A DNA stretch of 64,000 bases, from positions 1-64,000 of the forward strand of contig CAVSHO010000010.1 of assembly GCA_963727825.1 (NCBI GenBank), read 5' to 3'. Position 1 is the first letter of the stretch. The number at the start of each line of letters is the position of its first letter. The translations under genes and the position numbers were made by a program. This DNA is from Ignavibacteriota bacterium (GTDB lineage: Bacteria; Bacteroidota; Ignavibacteria; UBA10030). The notes below the pieces were generated by a model that saw only the letters and a program-made list of their open reading frames with translations, did no database searches and was not told the DNA's origin. Below are positions 38,687-49,067 of the stretch, in pieces.

Positions 38687-40918
38687 CTATTCATTCACGA
38701 TGCTTTCCAGCTCTTTAGCCGCAGCGTTGATTATATCAACTTCTCCTTCAAGAATAACTGCGATTTTCGAGATTTGTTCCTCGGCAAGCTTCCACTGTTT
38801 CTGCTCTATAGCCTCTCGCACTGCTGGAATAGTCTTCACACCATAGCCTGTATAAAACCCAGGCGCGTAAATCTGATGTTTAAACCAGGGCCGTCCAGGT
38901 AATCCTTCACTGCTTGTAAGCTTCCGCTCACATTCTATGAGCTTTCGATTGACCGATTCGAACGATTTTTTCGTCTCCGACGAAGTTTTCTTTAATGCTC
39001 GATGGTATCGTTCGGCACTCTTTGAAAGCGCGTACACAGCATTTTGTATTGGTGCAAAATTCAAATATGGCGGAATTTCTTCTATGTGCGGCGGGATCAT
39101 TTTCACTTTCGGATCAGCCGTAGCAGCGAATACACCTTCTTCAATTTCTCGATTTTGTTCACGAAGTTCATTTTGTCTCGCGGTCAATAGTTTCTGAATT
39201 TCATCTGTGTAACGTCTTATTGTTGCAGCCTCGTTTATAAATTCAAACGGCAACAGGTTATCGCTGGTTAAACGCATTACCGCAATTCCCACAGTTTGAG
39301 CGAGCGCACATCCGTAGGCAAACGAGGTATCCGAAAAATGCGTGTACCAATAGAAGTCATCGTAGATCGAATGATAAACTCCTCCTCCATCTTCTCCGCC
39401 ATATGCCACATCAAGTGATGCAATGCCTAGAAAATCGAGAAATGCCGTATAGTCTGATCCGGATCCGAGCGCACCAATTCTCCACGTTTTTTGTTCACGA
39501 AGCTCCTGACGTAAATCGGCAGTAGCGTGTTCGATTCGCTGTAACTGGAGGCGTTTCCATACTGAAAGATTTGTTTCCGGGTCGTGAATTTCGTGCGCGA
39601 CATCATTCACAAATTTTTCAAGTGAATGTGAACCGGAGACACTGAGATACCCCCTGCCATTTGCATCCGAATTGATATATACCACCGCTTTTCGTTTCAA
39701 TTCGTCTGCATGTTCCTCAGCCCATTCCGTCGAACCGAGAAGTCCTTCTTCTTCTCCGTCCCAAGCACAGTAGACGATGGTTCGCATCGGTTTCCATCCT
39801 TTTTTCAGAAGCTCACCGAATGCGCGTGCTTCTTCCAATAATGCAACTTGTGCTGAGATGGGATCTTCCGCCCCATTTACCCATGCATCGTAATGATTCC
39901 CTCGGATAATCCACTCATCAGGAAATTGATACCCACGTAAGGTTGCAATAACATCGTAGATTTTTTTCCTGTCCCAGTTAAACGATACCTTGAGATGTAC
40001 CTTAGCATTACCTGGCCCGATGTGATAAGTAATCGGCAGTGTTCCACGCCAGGAATCCGGTGCAACTGGACCGTTCAAAGCCGCAAGCAGAGGTTGTGCA
40101 TCGGCATATGAAATGGGAAGAACGGGAATTTTCGTTAGTGTTTGCACATCGTTCATAGAAAGCCGTTTGGCATGTTCCGAAGCACCGACTCCTGGCGTAA
40201 GAGGATCTCCAGGATACAGCGGCATATCCATGACACTTCCTCGTTGCACTCCATCGCTGGGGCGATATGCTCCAGTTGGAAACACATCTCCCCGAGTATA
40301 CCCGTCGCTGCCTGGATCCGAATAAATCAAACATCCGACTGCACCGTGCTCAGCTGCAACCTTAGGTTTAATGCCCCGCCACGACGCTCCATATCGTGCA
40401 ATCACAATACATCCCTTGACGGAAATACCCATCCGTTCAAGTTGCTCATAATCGTCAGGAATACCATAATTTACATACACAAGCGGTGCAGTTACATCGC
40501 CATCAATCGAGTAAGCATTGTACGTAGGAAGCTGTTCGTCCTGTTGGCTTGATGTCGGATCGATCGCAAGCGGAGGTTCTTGAAGTTTTGCAATGAAGTT
40601 ACCGGGTGCAACAAGCGCAAGGTAACGCTCTTTTGGCGTGGGAAAAAGCACATCGAATGTTTCGATATGAGCATCCCATCCCCATTCTTTGAACTTCGAA
40701 AGTATCCAGTCCGCATTTTGTTTATCATATGCCGAACCAACGTGGTGAGGATGAGCGGACAGCAATTGCATCATGTTGCGAAGATTCTCAGGACGCGGTA
40801 TGGAACAGAATTCCTTTTCCCAAACAGCATTTCTTACTGAATCATCCCCTTGCGAGAAAACATTTATATAGAATAACAACGTGAAAATAAGAAAAAAAAG
40901 TAACTTTCGATTAAGCAT
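38687..40918 (-). CDS. M28 peptidase, glutamate carboxypeptidase II-like (PA and TfR dimerisation domains)
   Basis: YVNYG, GNHYDAW, WDGEEEGLLGS, GSGSDY, YHSIYD and RPWFKH motifs. Confidence 0.93.
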   Translation of the reverse strand: MLNRKLLFFLIFTLLFYINVFSQGDDSVRNAVWEKEFCSIPRPENLRNMMQLLSAHPHHVGSAYDKQNADWILSKFKEWGWDAHIETFDVLFPTPKERYLALVAPGNFIAKLQEPPLAIDPTSSQQDEQLPTYNAYSIDGDVTAPLVYVNYGIPDDYEQLERMGISVKGCIVIARYGASWRGIKPKVAAEHGAVGCLIYSDPGSDGYTRGDVFPTGAYRPSDGVQRGSVMDMPLYPGDPLTPGVGASEHAKRLSMNDVQTLTKIPVLPISYADAQPLLAALNGPVAPDSWRGTLPITYHIGPGNAKVHLKVSFNWDRKKIYDVIATLRGYQFPDEWIIRGNHYDAWVNGAEDPISAQVALLEEARAFGELLKKGWKPMRTIVYCAWDGEEEGLLGSTEWAEEHADELKRKAVVYINSDANGRGYLSVSGSHSLEKFVNDVAHEIHDPETNLSVWKRLQLQRIEHATADLRQELREQKTWRIGALGSGSDYTAFLDFLGIASLDVAYGGEDGGGVYHSIYDDFYWYTHFSDTSFAYGCALAQTVGIAVMRLTSDNLLPFEFINEAATIRRYTDEIQKLLTARQNELREQNREIEEGVFAATADPKVKMIPPHIEEIPPYLNFAPIQNAVYALSKSAERYHRALKKTSSETKKSFESVNRKLIECERKLTSSEGLPGRPWFKHQIYAPGFYTGYGVKTIPAVREAIEQKQWKLAEEQISKIAVILEGEVDIINAAAKELESIVNE

Positions 40919-41023
40919 ATTGTCACTCCTGTAAAGTCTACTAATCCGTTGGAATCTTCAGAATGATGCCCTATATGCAGAGCATTAAATTTAATTTGCC
41001 GGTGAAATCAATTCCGACTTCTA

Positions 41024-42196
41024 TCACATTTTATAACTCTTTTTTATCTCCTCCATTGAATCGCCGCCAAATTTTTCTAAGAATGCATTTGCTAAAACCG
41101 GTGCAATTACTGCCTCCCCGATAACTGATGCAGCCGGCACAGCACAAACATCAGATCGCTCATATCGGGACTCCACTAATTTATTCGTCGCAAGATCTAT
41201 AGCTTTCAATGGCTTAGCGAGCGTGGCAATCGGTTTCATTGCAGCACGAAGAACTATTATCTGTCCGTTCGTAACACTTCCTTCAAGTCCACCCGCTCGA
41301 TTGGTTACACGCGTAATTTTATTATCTTTCAATGTGAACTCATCATGCACGTAAGAACCAAATTTCATCGCATTCGCAAATCCATCTCCAATCTCAATAC
41401 CTTTAATCGCCTGAATCGATATTAGCGATTGAGCAAGCTGACCATCCAACTTTCTATCATACTGCACATAACTTCCTAATCCTATTGGAACGCCAGTAAT
41501 GATGACTTCAAATATTCCACCGAGTGTGTCACCTGTTTTCTTTGCTTTCTTGATCTCTGTTATTGCCTTAATCTCCGTTGATTTATCAAGCATCCTCACT
41601 TCGGATTTGTCTGCCTCTTTAGCCACTTTGTATGCCGTATACGGCTCACCACTGATCAATTTCATAATCTTTCGATCGATTTTCGTTCTGTTCTTCATTA
41701 CTGCTGAACCAATACTTAGAACATGACTGCCGATGAAGATGCCATTATCCTCTAAGAATTTTCTAATGATGGTACAAAGAGCAACACGCATTGCCGTCTC
41801 TCTCGCGCTCGCCCGTTCAATTACGTTACGTAAATCATCAAATCTGTATTTCATTGCGCCTGAATAATCAGCATGACCGGGGCGAGGGATTGTAATCTTA
41901 TCGATTCCAGCTCCATCGCCATCTATAGACATCTTCCCTGTCCAATTCTGCCAGTCCTTATTCTGAATCATCAAAGCAATTGGAGAGCCGAGCGTTTTGC
42001 CGAATCGTACGCCTGAAAGAATCTCGACTTTATCCGTTTCAATTTTCATCCTGCCGCCACGGCCATATCCTTGCTGTCTCCGCCACAATTGGTGGTTAAT
42101 GTATTCGGCAGAAATCTCGACACCAGCCGGCATTCCTTCCAAAATACCAACGAGTGCTTTGCCGTGTGATTCTCCTGCAGTTAGATAGCGGATCAT
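41024..42196 (-). CDS. aroC: Chorismate synthase
   Basis: TAGESHG, RRQQGYGRG, PRPGHAD, SARETA and MKPIATL motifs. Confidence 0.97.
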   Translation of the reverse strand: MIRYLTAGESHGKALVGILEGMPAGVEISAEYINHQLWRRQQGYGRGGRMKIETDKVEILSGVRFGKTLGSPIALMIQNKDWQNWTGKMSIDGDGAGIDKITIPRPGHADYSGAMKYRFDDLRNVIERASARETAMRVALCTIIRKFLEDNGIFIGSHVLSIGSAVMKNRTKIDRKIMKLISGEPYTAYKVAKEADKSEVRMLDKSTEIKAITEIKKAKKTGDTLGGIFEVIITGVPIGLGSYVQYDRKLDGQLAQSLISIQAIKGIEIGDGFANAMKFGSYVHDEFTLKDNKITRVTNRAGGLEGSVTNGQIIVLRAAMKPIATLAKPLKAIDLATNKLVESRYERSDVCAVPAASVIGEAVIAPVLANAFLEKFGGDSMEEIKKSYKM

Positions 42197-42308
42197 AGGT
42201 TTGTTCTTTTGATTAATATTACAAGGGCGAATTATTTTCTATTATTACGTATTTAATAAAACAAAATTTCGAAGGAGATTCAATTGGCAGGCAAACAAAA
42301 AGCTGCAA

Positions 42309-42337
42309 TTGACAATCAAAATGATATATCGTAATTT
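42309..42337 (+). promoter_or_regulatory. Putative promoter upstream of the 42472 ORF
   Basis: TTGACA-N17-TAATTT, with an inverted TGTCAA at 42343-42348. Confidence 0.55.
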
Positions 42338-42471
42338 ATTTATGTCAAAGCAACCTTAAAAACAATGCATATGCACAAAAACTTATTTGCCATAGCGCAC
42401 ATTGTAACAACATTGTCTTAAGAGAAATTGTCACGGAATACGCTGCACTCGTTTTACCAAAGGAGGAGCAG

Positions 42472-42738
42472 ATGAAAGACTTTTTTCGATATATCCAGTG
42501 GGGCAGAGCCCGCTTTGAGATTATTCTTTACCTCTTCATATTGCTGCTTCTTACAGGATTAGCCAAACGCTTAATTGCCCAGATTACTATTTCCACTACT
42601 GGATATACGATTTATATAACTGGAGGCACACAGCCGGACTCTTGGTACCAATCAAACAGTCTAGTGACTTGCAGGAAAGCTATCCAATCGGCCACGAGCC
42701 TACCTTACGATAGCGAAGACGGGCGACTCACTAATTAG
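42472..42738 (+). CDS. Short secreted-protein-like ORF, probably a truncated gene
   Basis: Strong AAGGAGGAG SD and a signal peptide ending ...LIA|QITIS. It runs into the GC-rich patch and stops at 88 aa. Confidence 0.5.
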   Translation: MKDFFRYIQWGRARFEIILYLFILLLLTGLAKRLIAQITISTTGYTIYITGGTQPDSWYQSNSLVTCRKAIQSATSLPYDSEDGRLTN

Positions 42739-42763
42739 CCACCACTGATCGAGGAGACCCACA

Positions 42764-43838
42764 ATGTCGTATATATTTTTAGATTTTGTTCAGCGAATCG
42801 GCCGTCTTTCGGTCATGCTTATGCTGGCTGCTAATGCCTTCCTTTTGTACGGGCAGCCCAGAGTGAACGTACCGACAGCCGCTCAACCACAAAATAGACT
42901 ACAAGAAGGAATGTACAGTTCCCATCGGCGGCATTCAACAATGGATAGTGATTCGTGGCGACGATCGCCGCAATCCAGTCATTCTTTTTTTGCACGGCGG
43001 GCCGGGCGCGTCGACCTTGGCACTGTCAGGGAATTGGATATCCTGGGAAAAGTACTTTACCGTCGTCCAGTGGGATCAACGTGGTACTGGTATGACTTAT
43101 CTAAAGAATGGCGATTCTGAAGCCGGAACCTTGACCATTCCCAGGATGACCAAAGACGGAATTGAGGTTGTCCAATTTCTTCGCTCCCACCTACACAAAG
43201 ACAAAGTCGTGTTGGTGGGTTTCTCCTGGGGCTCGATTCTTGGCATTCACATGATCAAACAGCGTCCGGAGCTTTTTGCGGCATACGTTGGGACTGGGCA
43301 GGTCGTGAATATGCAACAGAACGAAGAACTGAATTACGTCCATGAACTGGCACAAGCGCGCTTAACGCACAATGACGAGGCTCTCTCGGCCTTGAGGCGA
43401 ATTGGACCTCCGCCGTACCTTGATCCCGCCGTCATTGACACCTTACGAGAATGGGCGATCAAACTCTACGCTGGCTCAGGTGATCCCGCCGTACCGCGAA
43501 AAGCGCCGATGCCAGGTCTTTCGCCAGAATTTTCTAAGGCCTGGCAAGACGGCTATGCCTTTTCCCAACAACAACTCGGTTGGATACTCGGTTCGAAGGA
43601 AGTGGATCTTCCTTCGCTCGGTCTCAATTTTTTCGTCCCGATTTTCTTCTTCGAAGGAACAGCCGATCATATGACGCCGATCGAGCTTGCCGAATTATAT
43701 TTCAAGCAGATCAAGGCGCCTCACAAAGAATTCGTGCGTTTTTATGGTGACCACCATTTCATCGCGATGAACCGACCTATCGAATTTCTACAGGAGCTTT
43801 TGGTCAGAGTGCGTCCGTTGGCGAGTTTGACTCATTGA
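42764..43838 (+). pseudogene. Secreted alpha/beta hydrolase (proline iminopeptidase-like), +1 frameshift near 42917
   Basis: HGGPG, WDQRG and GFSWG motifs. Removing A42917 joins QEGMY to VPIGGIQQWIVIRG and gives 357 aa with a GAGGAG SD. Confidence 0.8.
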
Positions 43839-44131
43839 TCTCTACGGGTTCTCGGTAACGTTCCATAGAACGTTGACAGTTTTGATCGGCCAACGAGGCA
43901 CTTCGAGCAGACGCATGCTTTGCCTCCTGTCGTTGACTTGTTGTATATCAAAGTGCCTTACGCCAAGGATAAACGTGACTTTAGCCACCAAGCCTCCGCT
44001 GCGAGGGATGGCATCGACTGAGAGCAGCCATCTTTTGTAATGTGAGTAATGCCATATTGAGCGCTTTCGTGTTACCCGTTCGATAATAATATCGGAATAG
44101 AAAATTATAAATTGTGGGGCGCGGAAATTTC

Positions 44132-44166
44132 GGCGCAGCCCAGAATCCGTCAAAGGCGGATGCGCC
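44132..44166. repeat. REP-like GC-rich hairpin downstream of degP
   Basis: GGCGC...ATCCGTC-AAA-GGCGGAT-GCGCC nested stem. Confidence 0.5.
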
Positions 44167-44187
44167 TATTGTGCAGATATTTTGTGC

Positions 44188-45723
44188 TTATTTTGGCATC
44201 TCAATTGGGACAAAACGCATTTTTTTATCTTCCCCTTTTACTCGTAACATCACAGCGTCGCCCGGTTTCATTTTTTTAATCGTTTTTTCAAATTGTTCCG
44301 GTGTTGATATTTTTTGATTTCCAATATCCGTCACTATATCACCTTTCTTCAATCCGCGTTCTGCTGCTGGACTTGATTCATCCATATCAAATATTAGAAC
44401 ACCTTTCTCTATTTCATATTGTTTCTTTATTTTTGAATCGATTGATTTTACGGTGACACCAATTTCCTTTACATCGACCGTTTTTTCTACTGCGACATCA
44501 GACTCAGTTTCATCTTTTCCACTGTTCCCTTTGTCTGCTAAATCGCCTTCTTCATCATGAGATCCAAGAGTCGCTTTTTTCTCAATGGCATTTCTATCTC
44601 TCCATATTTTGAGAGTGACAGTCGAGCCCGGATGTTTACTCGCAATTAATGTTTGCAGCTCTTGAGTGGAATTTACATCTTTGCCATCGACCGAAAGAAT
44701 AATATCACCGTACTCTACACCAGCTTTATCGGCTGCCGCATCTTTGGTAACCGATTCAACCGCAACACCCTTAGTCTTGTCCAGTCCGGCTGCTTTTGCA
44801 TAGACTGCATCCACTGGTCTAATTTGCACTCCAAGGAATCCGCGCCGGAATTTTCCGTACTTGATTAAATCCGTTGCAACTTGCTTAGCAAGATTCAGGG
44901 GAATAGCAAAACTATAGCCTTGATACCGAGCATTTGTTGTCGCAATGGCAGTATTGATACCAACAACTTCTCCATTGATGTTTACAAGTGGTCCTCCGCT
45001 GTTGCCGGGATTGACCGCAGCATCTGTCTGAATAAAATTTTCGATACCATAGGCATCTCCGATGATTCCAATATTCCTACCCAGTGCACTTACAATGCCT
45101 TGCGTCATGGTCGACCTTAAATTTAATGGTGCACCGATAGCAAACACGATATGTCCAACCTCGACGTCATCGGAATTGCCAAGCACGGCTACTGGCAAAT
45201 TATCCGCATCAATTTTAATAACGGCGATATCAGTATATTTATCTGTACCTATAAGTTTTGCTTTAAAATCTCTCGTATCATTCAGTGTCACTTTAATTCC
45301 ATTTTTCTTTGCATTGGCAACTACATGATTGTTGGTAAGAATATAACCATTTGATGTAATTATAATGCCGGAACCAGCTCCTTTTTCTGGTCCTCGTTTT
45401 GGCATATCAAATTTAAAATTTGGGCCGAAGAATTTATAAAAGAACTGATTAGGATCTTCTTGTGAATCCGATTCTGATTCTCCATTCATTTCCACTTCCA
45501 CATACACTACAGATGGTGTAACTGTCTTACCGACATTGTGAAATGCTTCATTTAAAGCCTGCAATGTGGAATTCGGTTTGATTGGAGCCTGTTGAGCACC
45601 AAGTTTGACGTCTTCTCCAGCAAATGAGAAATCAACGCCCTTAAAGCTTGATACCAGCACAACTCCAAAAATAATTCCAAGGCTAATGAGAAATACAGCT
45701 GCTAAGGTTGATTTGGTTGACAT
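44188..45723 (-). CDS. degP: Do/DegP (HtrA) serine protease with two PDZ domains
   Basis: TNNHVV, TDIAVIKI and QTDAAVNPGNSGGPL motifs. Confidence 0.93.
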   Translation of the reverse strand: MSTKSTLAAVFLISLGIIFGVVLVSSFKGVDFSFAGEDVKLGAQQAPIKPNSTLQALNEAFHNVGKTVTPSVVYVEVEMNGESESDSQEDPNQFFYKFFGPNFKFDMPKRGPEKGAGSGIIITSNGYILTNNHVVANAKKNGIKVTLNDTRDFKAKLIGTDKYTDIAVIKIDADNLPVAVLGNSDDVEVGHIVFAIGAPLNLRSTMTQGIVSALGRNIGIIGDAYGIENFIQTDAAVNPGNSGGPLVNINGEVVGINTAIATTNARYQGYSFAIPLNLAKQVATDLIKYGKFRRGFLGVQIRPVDAVYAKAAGLDKTKGVAVESVTKDAAADKAGVEYGDIILSVDGKDVNSTQELQTLIASKHPGSTVTLKIWRDRNAIEKKATLGSHDEEGDLADKGNSGKDETESDVAVEKTVDVKEIGVTVKSIDSKIKKQYEIEKGVLIFDMDESSPAAERGLKKGDIVTDIGNQKISTPEQFEKTIKKMKPGDAVMLRVKGEDKKMRFVPIEMPK

Positions 45724-45734
45724 AAATTTTACTC

Positions 45735-46541
45735 CTATTTTGTTACAGCTTTATTATGATGAAATAATTCCGTCGATTTCAAGGGTTTTAATCCTTCAAA
45801 GTGATATCGTAAATATAGACGTAGTATCTCATCAATTTGGTTCCCGACGTGTACATCAAACTCAAGGTTGCCGAGACTATTAATCTGAACATCTAACAAT
45901 CGCCGCAGAATCTGTAACACCTGTGCTGGAATAGAAATAGAGGCAATGTTCCGTCCAATGCTCAATAATGAATCGCCTGGCGAATAGCAACGATTGCAAA
46001 ATAATGCCCCGCGGGCAACTTGAAATGCATACTGTTTTTCACCATTGTTTATGGTAATAGGATTTCCACATTCGCCACAGACTTCTAAGTTCGGCGCATA
46101 TCCAAACAATGAGGCAAGCCGTAATCGGAATGCGTATGAATACGCTGAGTAATTTTTAGAACTTGAATTTAGTTCGCCCAATGTTTCACTAACCAATGCA
46201 AATAGATTTGGATTTCGCTCTTCGTCATGCGTAACTTGATTAATAAGTTCAACTACCGATAACGCGGTGGTCATTCGATCTAAATCTTCTGTAAGATTCT
46301 TAAATGAATCGATGGCATCACATTGAGAAATCAGATGAAGATCGCGGTGTTCTTTTTTGTAAATAACAAGCATCGAATGCGTCATAGGCTCTAATGCCGA
46401 ACCAAACTTATTCTTCGCTGTTCGCGCTCCTTTAGCAATACCTTTCAACTTTCCAAATTCCTTTGTATAGAACGTAACAATCTTGCTCGTATCACGGTAT
46501 TTCATCGTTTTGAGAATTATAGCTTCAGTTTTTATGAGCAT
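45735..46541 (-). CDS. recO: DNA repair protein RecO
   Basis: TEAIIL...DTSKIV...GKLKGIAKGAR and a C4 zinc finger. Confidence 0.95.
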   Translation of the reverse strand: MLIKTEAIILKTMKYRDTSKIVTFYTKEFGKLKGIAKGARTAKNKFGSALEPMTHSMLVIYKKEHRDLHLISQCDAIDSFKNLTEDLDRMTTALSVVELINQVTHDEERNPNLFALVSETLGELNSSSKNYSAYSYAFRLRLASLFGYAPNLEVCGECGNPITINNGEKQYAFQVARGALFCNRCYSPGDSLLSIGRNIASISIPAQVLQILRRLLDVQINSLGNLEFDVHVGNQIDEILRLYLRYHFEGLKPLKSTELFHHNKAVTK

Positions 46542-46548
46542 ATCAACT

Positions 46549-47580
46549 CTATGATTGTAAACGCCGGAGCGAATCAGAAAATGGTGGATTTATGATTCCT
46601 TTATCTGTAACAATCGCTGTCAATAAATCGTTCGGCGTAACATCGAAGGCTGGAGAATAGACCGCCACATCCTCTGGTGAGATTCGTTTGCCGAATATTT
46701 CGGTAACTTCTTTTCCATCTCGTTCCTCTATAGGAATTTCTTTGCCTGTTTTCATTTGAAAATCAATCGTAGAAATTGGTGCGGCAACATAAAATGGAAT
46801 CCCGTGGTGCTTCGCCAATACCGCAATATTATAAGTTCCCACCTTGTTCGCAACGTCGCCATTAATTGCCACTCGATCTGCACCAACAATAACTACTTCA
46901 ATTTTTCTCTGCTTCATCAGAACCGCTGCAGTGCTATCTACAATCAACGTTGCTGGAATGTTTGCCTGCTTCATTTCCCATGCCGTTAATCTTGCACCTT
47001 GCAAGAGCGGCCGTGTTTCATCAATATAGACGCATTTGAGTTTTCCTTCTTCCCATGCCTTGGTAACAATACCCAACGCTGTGCCGCGTCCGCCGGTAGC
47101 AAGAGCACCCGCATTGCAATGAACTAAAACGGAACAAGATTGTTGCAGAAGTTCAACACCAAATGAGCTAATGCGCTCGCACATTTCAAAATCTTCTTGA
47201 TGAATTAGAAATGCTTCATCTAACAAACCTTTTTGTAATTCAGCGATAGAATTTGTTTGCCATGCATCCAACACATTGCGTTGTCGATGCAAAGCCCAGA
47301 AAAGATTTACCGCAGTCGGACGCGTAGAAACAAGAATATCTATTGCAGATTGAAGATAGGCTCGAATTTCGTCAGCTTTATTCCTTTTAAACTTAAGACT
47401 TGCAAGCGCAACACCATATGCCGCCGCAATACCAATTAACGGCGCGCCGCGGATTGCAAGACGTTTAATTGCTTCGGCTACTACGGCAAAATCATCAGTT
47501 TTAATAAATACTTCTTCGAGAGGAAGTTTTGTCTGATCAAGAAATCGGATATTGCCGTTTATCCATTCTAACGGCTTCAT
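46549..47580 (-). CDS. mtnA: S-methyl-5-thioribose-1-phosphate isomerase
   Basis: LDQTKLP, IRGAPLIG, RPTAVNL, HCNAGALAT, ETRPLLQGARLT and ANKVGT motifs. Confidence 0.95.
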   Translation of the reverse strand: MKPLEWINGNIRFLDQTKLPLEEVFIKTDDFAVVAEAIKRLAIRGAPLIGIAAAYGVALASLKFKRNKADEIRAYLQSAIDILVSTRPTAVNLFWALHRQRNVLDAWQTNSIAELQKGLLDEAFLIHQEDFEMCERISSFGVELLQQSCSVLVHCNAGALATGGRGTALGIVTKAWEEGKLKCVYIDETRPLLQGARLTAWEMKQANIPATLIVDSTAAVLMKQRKIEVVIVGADRVAINGDVANKVGTYNIAVLAKHHGIPFYVAAPISTIDFQMKTGKEIPIEERDGKEVTEIFGKRISPEDVAVYSPAFDVTPNDLLTAIVTDKGIINPPFSDSLRRLQS

Positions 47581-47585
47581 AGCAA

Positions 47586-48500
47586 TTATTTCTCGTCAAA
47601 TCGTGATAAATCCATAAAAGAATGAAATCGGTCGTGAATTTTGAGATAACTCAAGTCACGCAGACTTTCCACACTAAATTTTTCCACACAGAATGAAGCT
47701 AATGTACTGCCATAAATTATAGCGCGTTTGAGGTTTTCAGAAGAGATATCGTCAGTTCGTGCAAGCCAGCCAATGAAACCACCGGCAAAGGCATCGCCAG
47801 CTCCAGTCGGATCGAAAATAGTTTCCAATGGATATGCCGGTGCCGAGAAGATTGTTTCATCTGTCACAAGCATTGCACCATGTTCGCCTTTTTTAATTAT
47901 GATAATCCGTGGTCCCATCTTAATAATTTTTTTTGCTGCTTTGATAAGGTTCGGTTCTTGTGTAAGCAGACGCGTCTCGGAGTCGTTAACTATTATAACA
48001 TCCATAAATTTCATGGTTTCTGTTAGCTCTTTTGGTTTTGTCTCAATCCAATAATTCATTGTATCGCCAACGACAAGTCGCGGTTTGTTGATTTGATTCA
48101 ACACCTGTAATTGAAGCACCGGATCAATATTGCCAAGACAGACATATGATGAAGACTTGAATCTTTCAGGAATTTTTGGATCGAAATTTTTAAAAACATT
48201 GAGATCCGTGAAAAGTGTATCACGAACATTTAGGTCATAATGGTACTTGCCACCCCATTGAAAAGTTTTACCACGCTCTATGACCTGTAATCCATCCAAA
48301 TCTATTTGTCGCGATTCCATGAACTTAATATGGTCCTTCGGAAAATCTCCGCCAACCACACCGATTAAACGTATAGGCACAGTGAAGTAACTTGCCGCAA
48401 CAGAAATGTACACTGCTGATCCGCCTAACGCTTTTTTTACACTTCCAAAAGGTGTCTCGACAGTGTCGAGTGCAACAGAACCGACAACTAATAAACTCAC
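47586..48500 (-). CDS. PfkB family carbohydrate kinase
   Basis: GSVALD, LGGSA and DPTGAGDAFAGG motifs. Confidence 0.93.
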   Translation of the reverse strand: MSLLVVGSVALDTVETPFGSVKKALGGSAVYISVAASYFTVPIRLIGVVGGDFPKDHIKFMESRQIDLDGLQVIERGKTFQWGGKYHYDLNVRDTLFTDLNVFKNFDPKIPERFKSSSYVCLGNIDPVLQLQVLNQINKPRLVVGDTMNYWIETKPKELTETMKFMDVIIVNDSETRLLTQEPNLIKAAKKIIKMGPRIIIIKKGEHGAMLVTDETIFSAPAYPLETIFDPTGAGDAFAGGFIGWLARTDDISSENLKRAIIYGSTLASFCVEKFSVESLRDLSYLKIHDRFHSFMDLSRFDEK

Positions 48501-48518
48501 GATTTTATCCTTTCGATG

Positions 48519-48989
48519 TTAAAATGATGCAATTTCTACTAATTGGGCGGTTTCTTTATTCCCGATTATAAAGTCATTGACAATTTCCATAGAATGCCTT
48601 TGGCCAGGCCATACGAGTCTTTTTTTCGCATCTTCAAATCGCAGCCATTCGAAGCATTGATGTTCTGAGGATAATCGCAGTGTTGATGACGAACCGAGTT
48701 CAGCAGCAAACACAGGTACTAATTGAATTGTATCCTTCGGAAGGTCAAAATATGTGTCCACATAAGGAATTGCCCAGCAGCGCTTAGGAGACAACCCTGT
48801 TTCTTCCTTTAGTTCGCGCATTGCAGCTTTTAATGCGCTTTCGTTCTTTTTCATCGTTCCGGTCACAATTTGCCACAGTCCAGGATAAAGCTTTTCATCC
48901 TTTGCACGTTGGAGAACAAGAAAATACGTTTCTGTATTGAACACTCCAAAAACGCACACTTCAACAATTTGATTAACAATACTTGACAG
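48519..48989 (-). CDS. NUDIX hydrolase (NudB-like)
   Basis: WQIVTG...AAMRELKEETG and LSSEH motifs. The frame is open upstream of GTG 48959 to CTG 48989. Confidence 0.88.
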   Translation of the reverse strand: MSSIVNQIVEVCVFGVFNTETYFLVLQRAKDEKLYPGLWQIVTGTMKKNESALKAAMRELKEETGLSPKRCWAIPYVDTYFDLPKDTIQLVPVFAAELGSSSTLRLSSEHQCFEWLRFEDAKKRLVWPGQRHSMEIVNDFIIGNKETAQLVEIASF

Positions 48990-49067
48990 AGGTACTCTTT
49001 CTTTTGTTACAAAAAAGATAAACGAATTTTAGTTGAATTCAAATTGTAGGATTTGCAGGATGTGAAA

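Noticed and set aside
43842-44153. 103-aa minus-strand ORF as a real gene
   Set aside because: It has no recognisable motifs and starts inside a REP-like hairpin. Only its last 24 codons have SD support.
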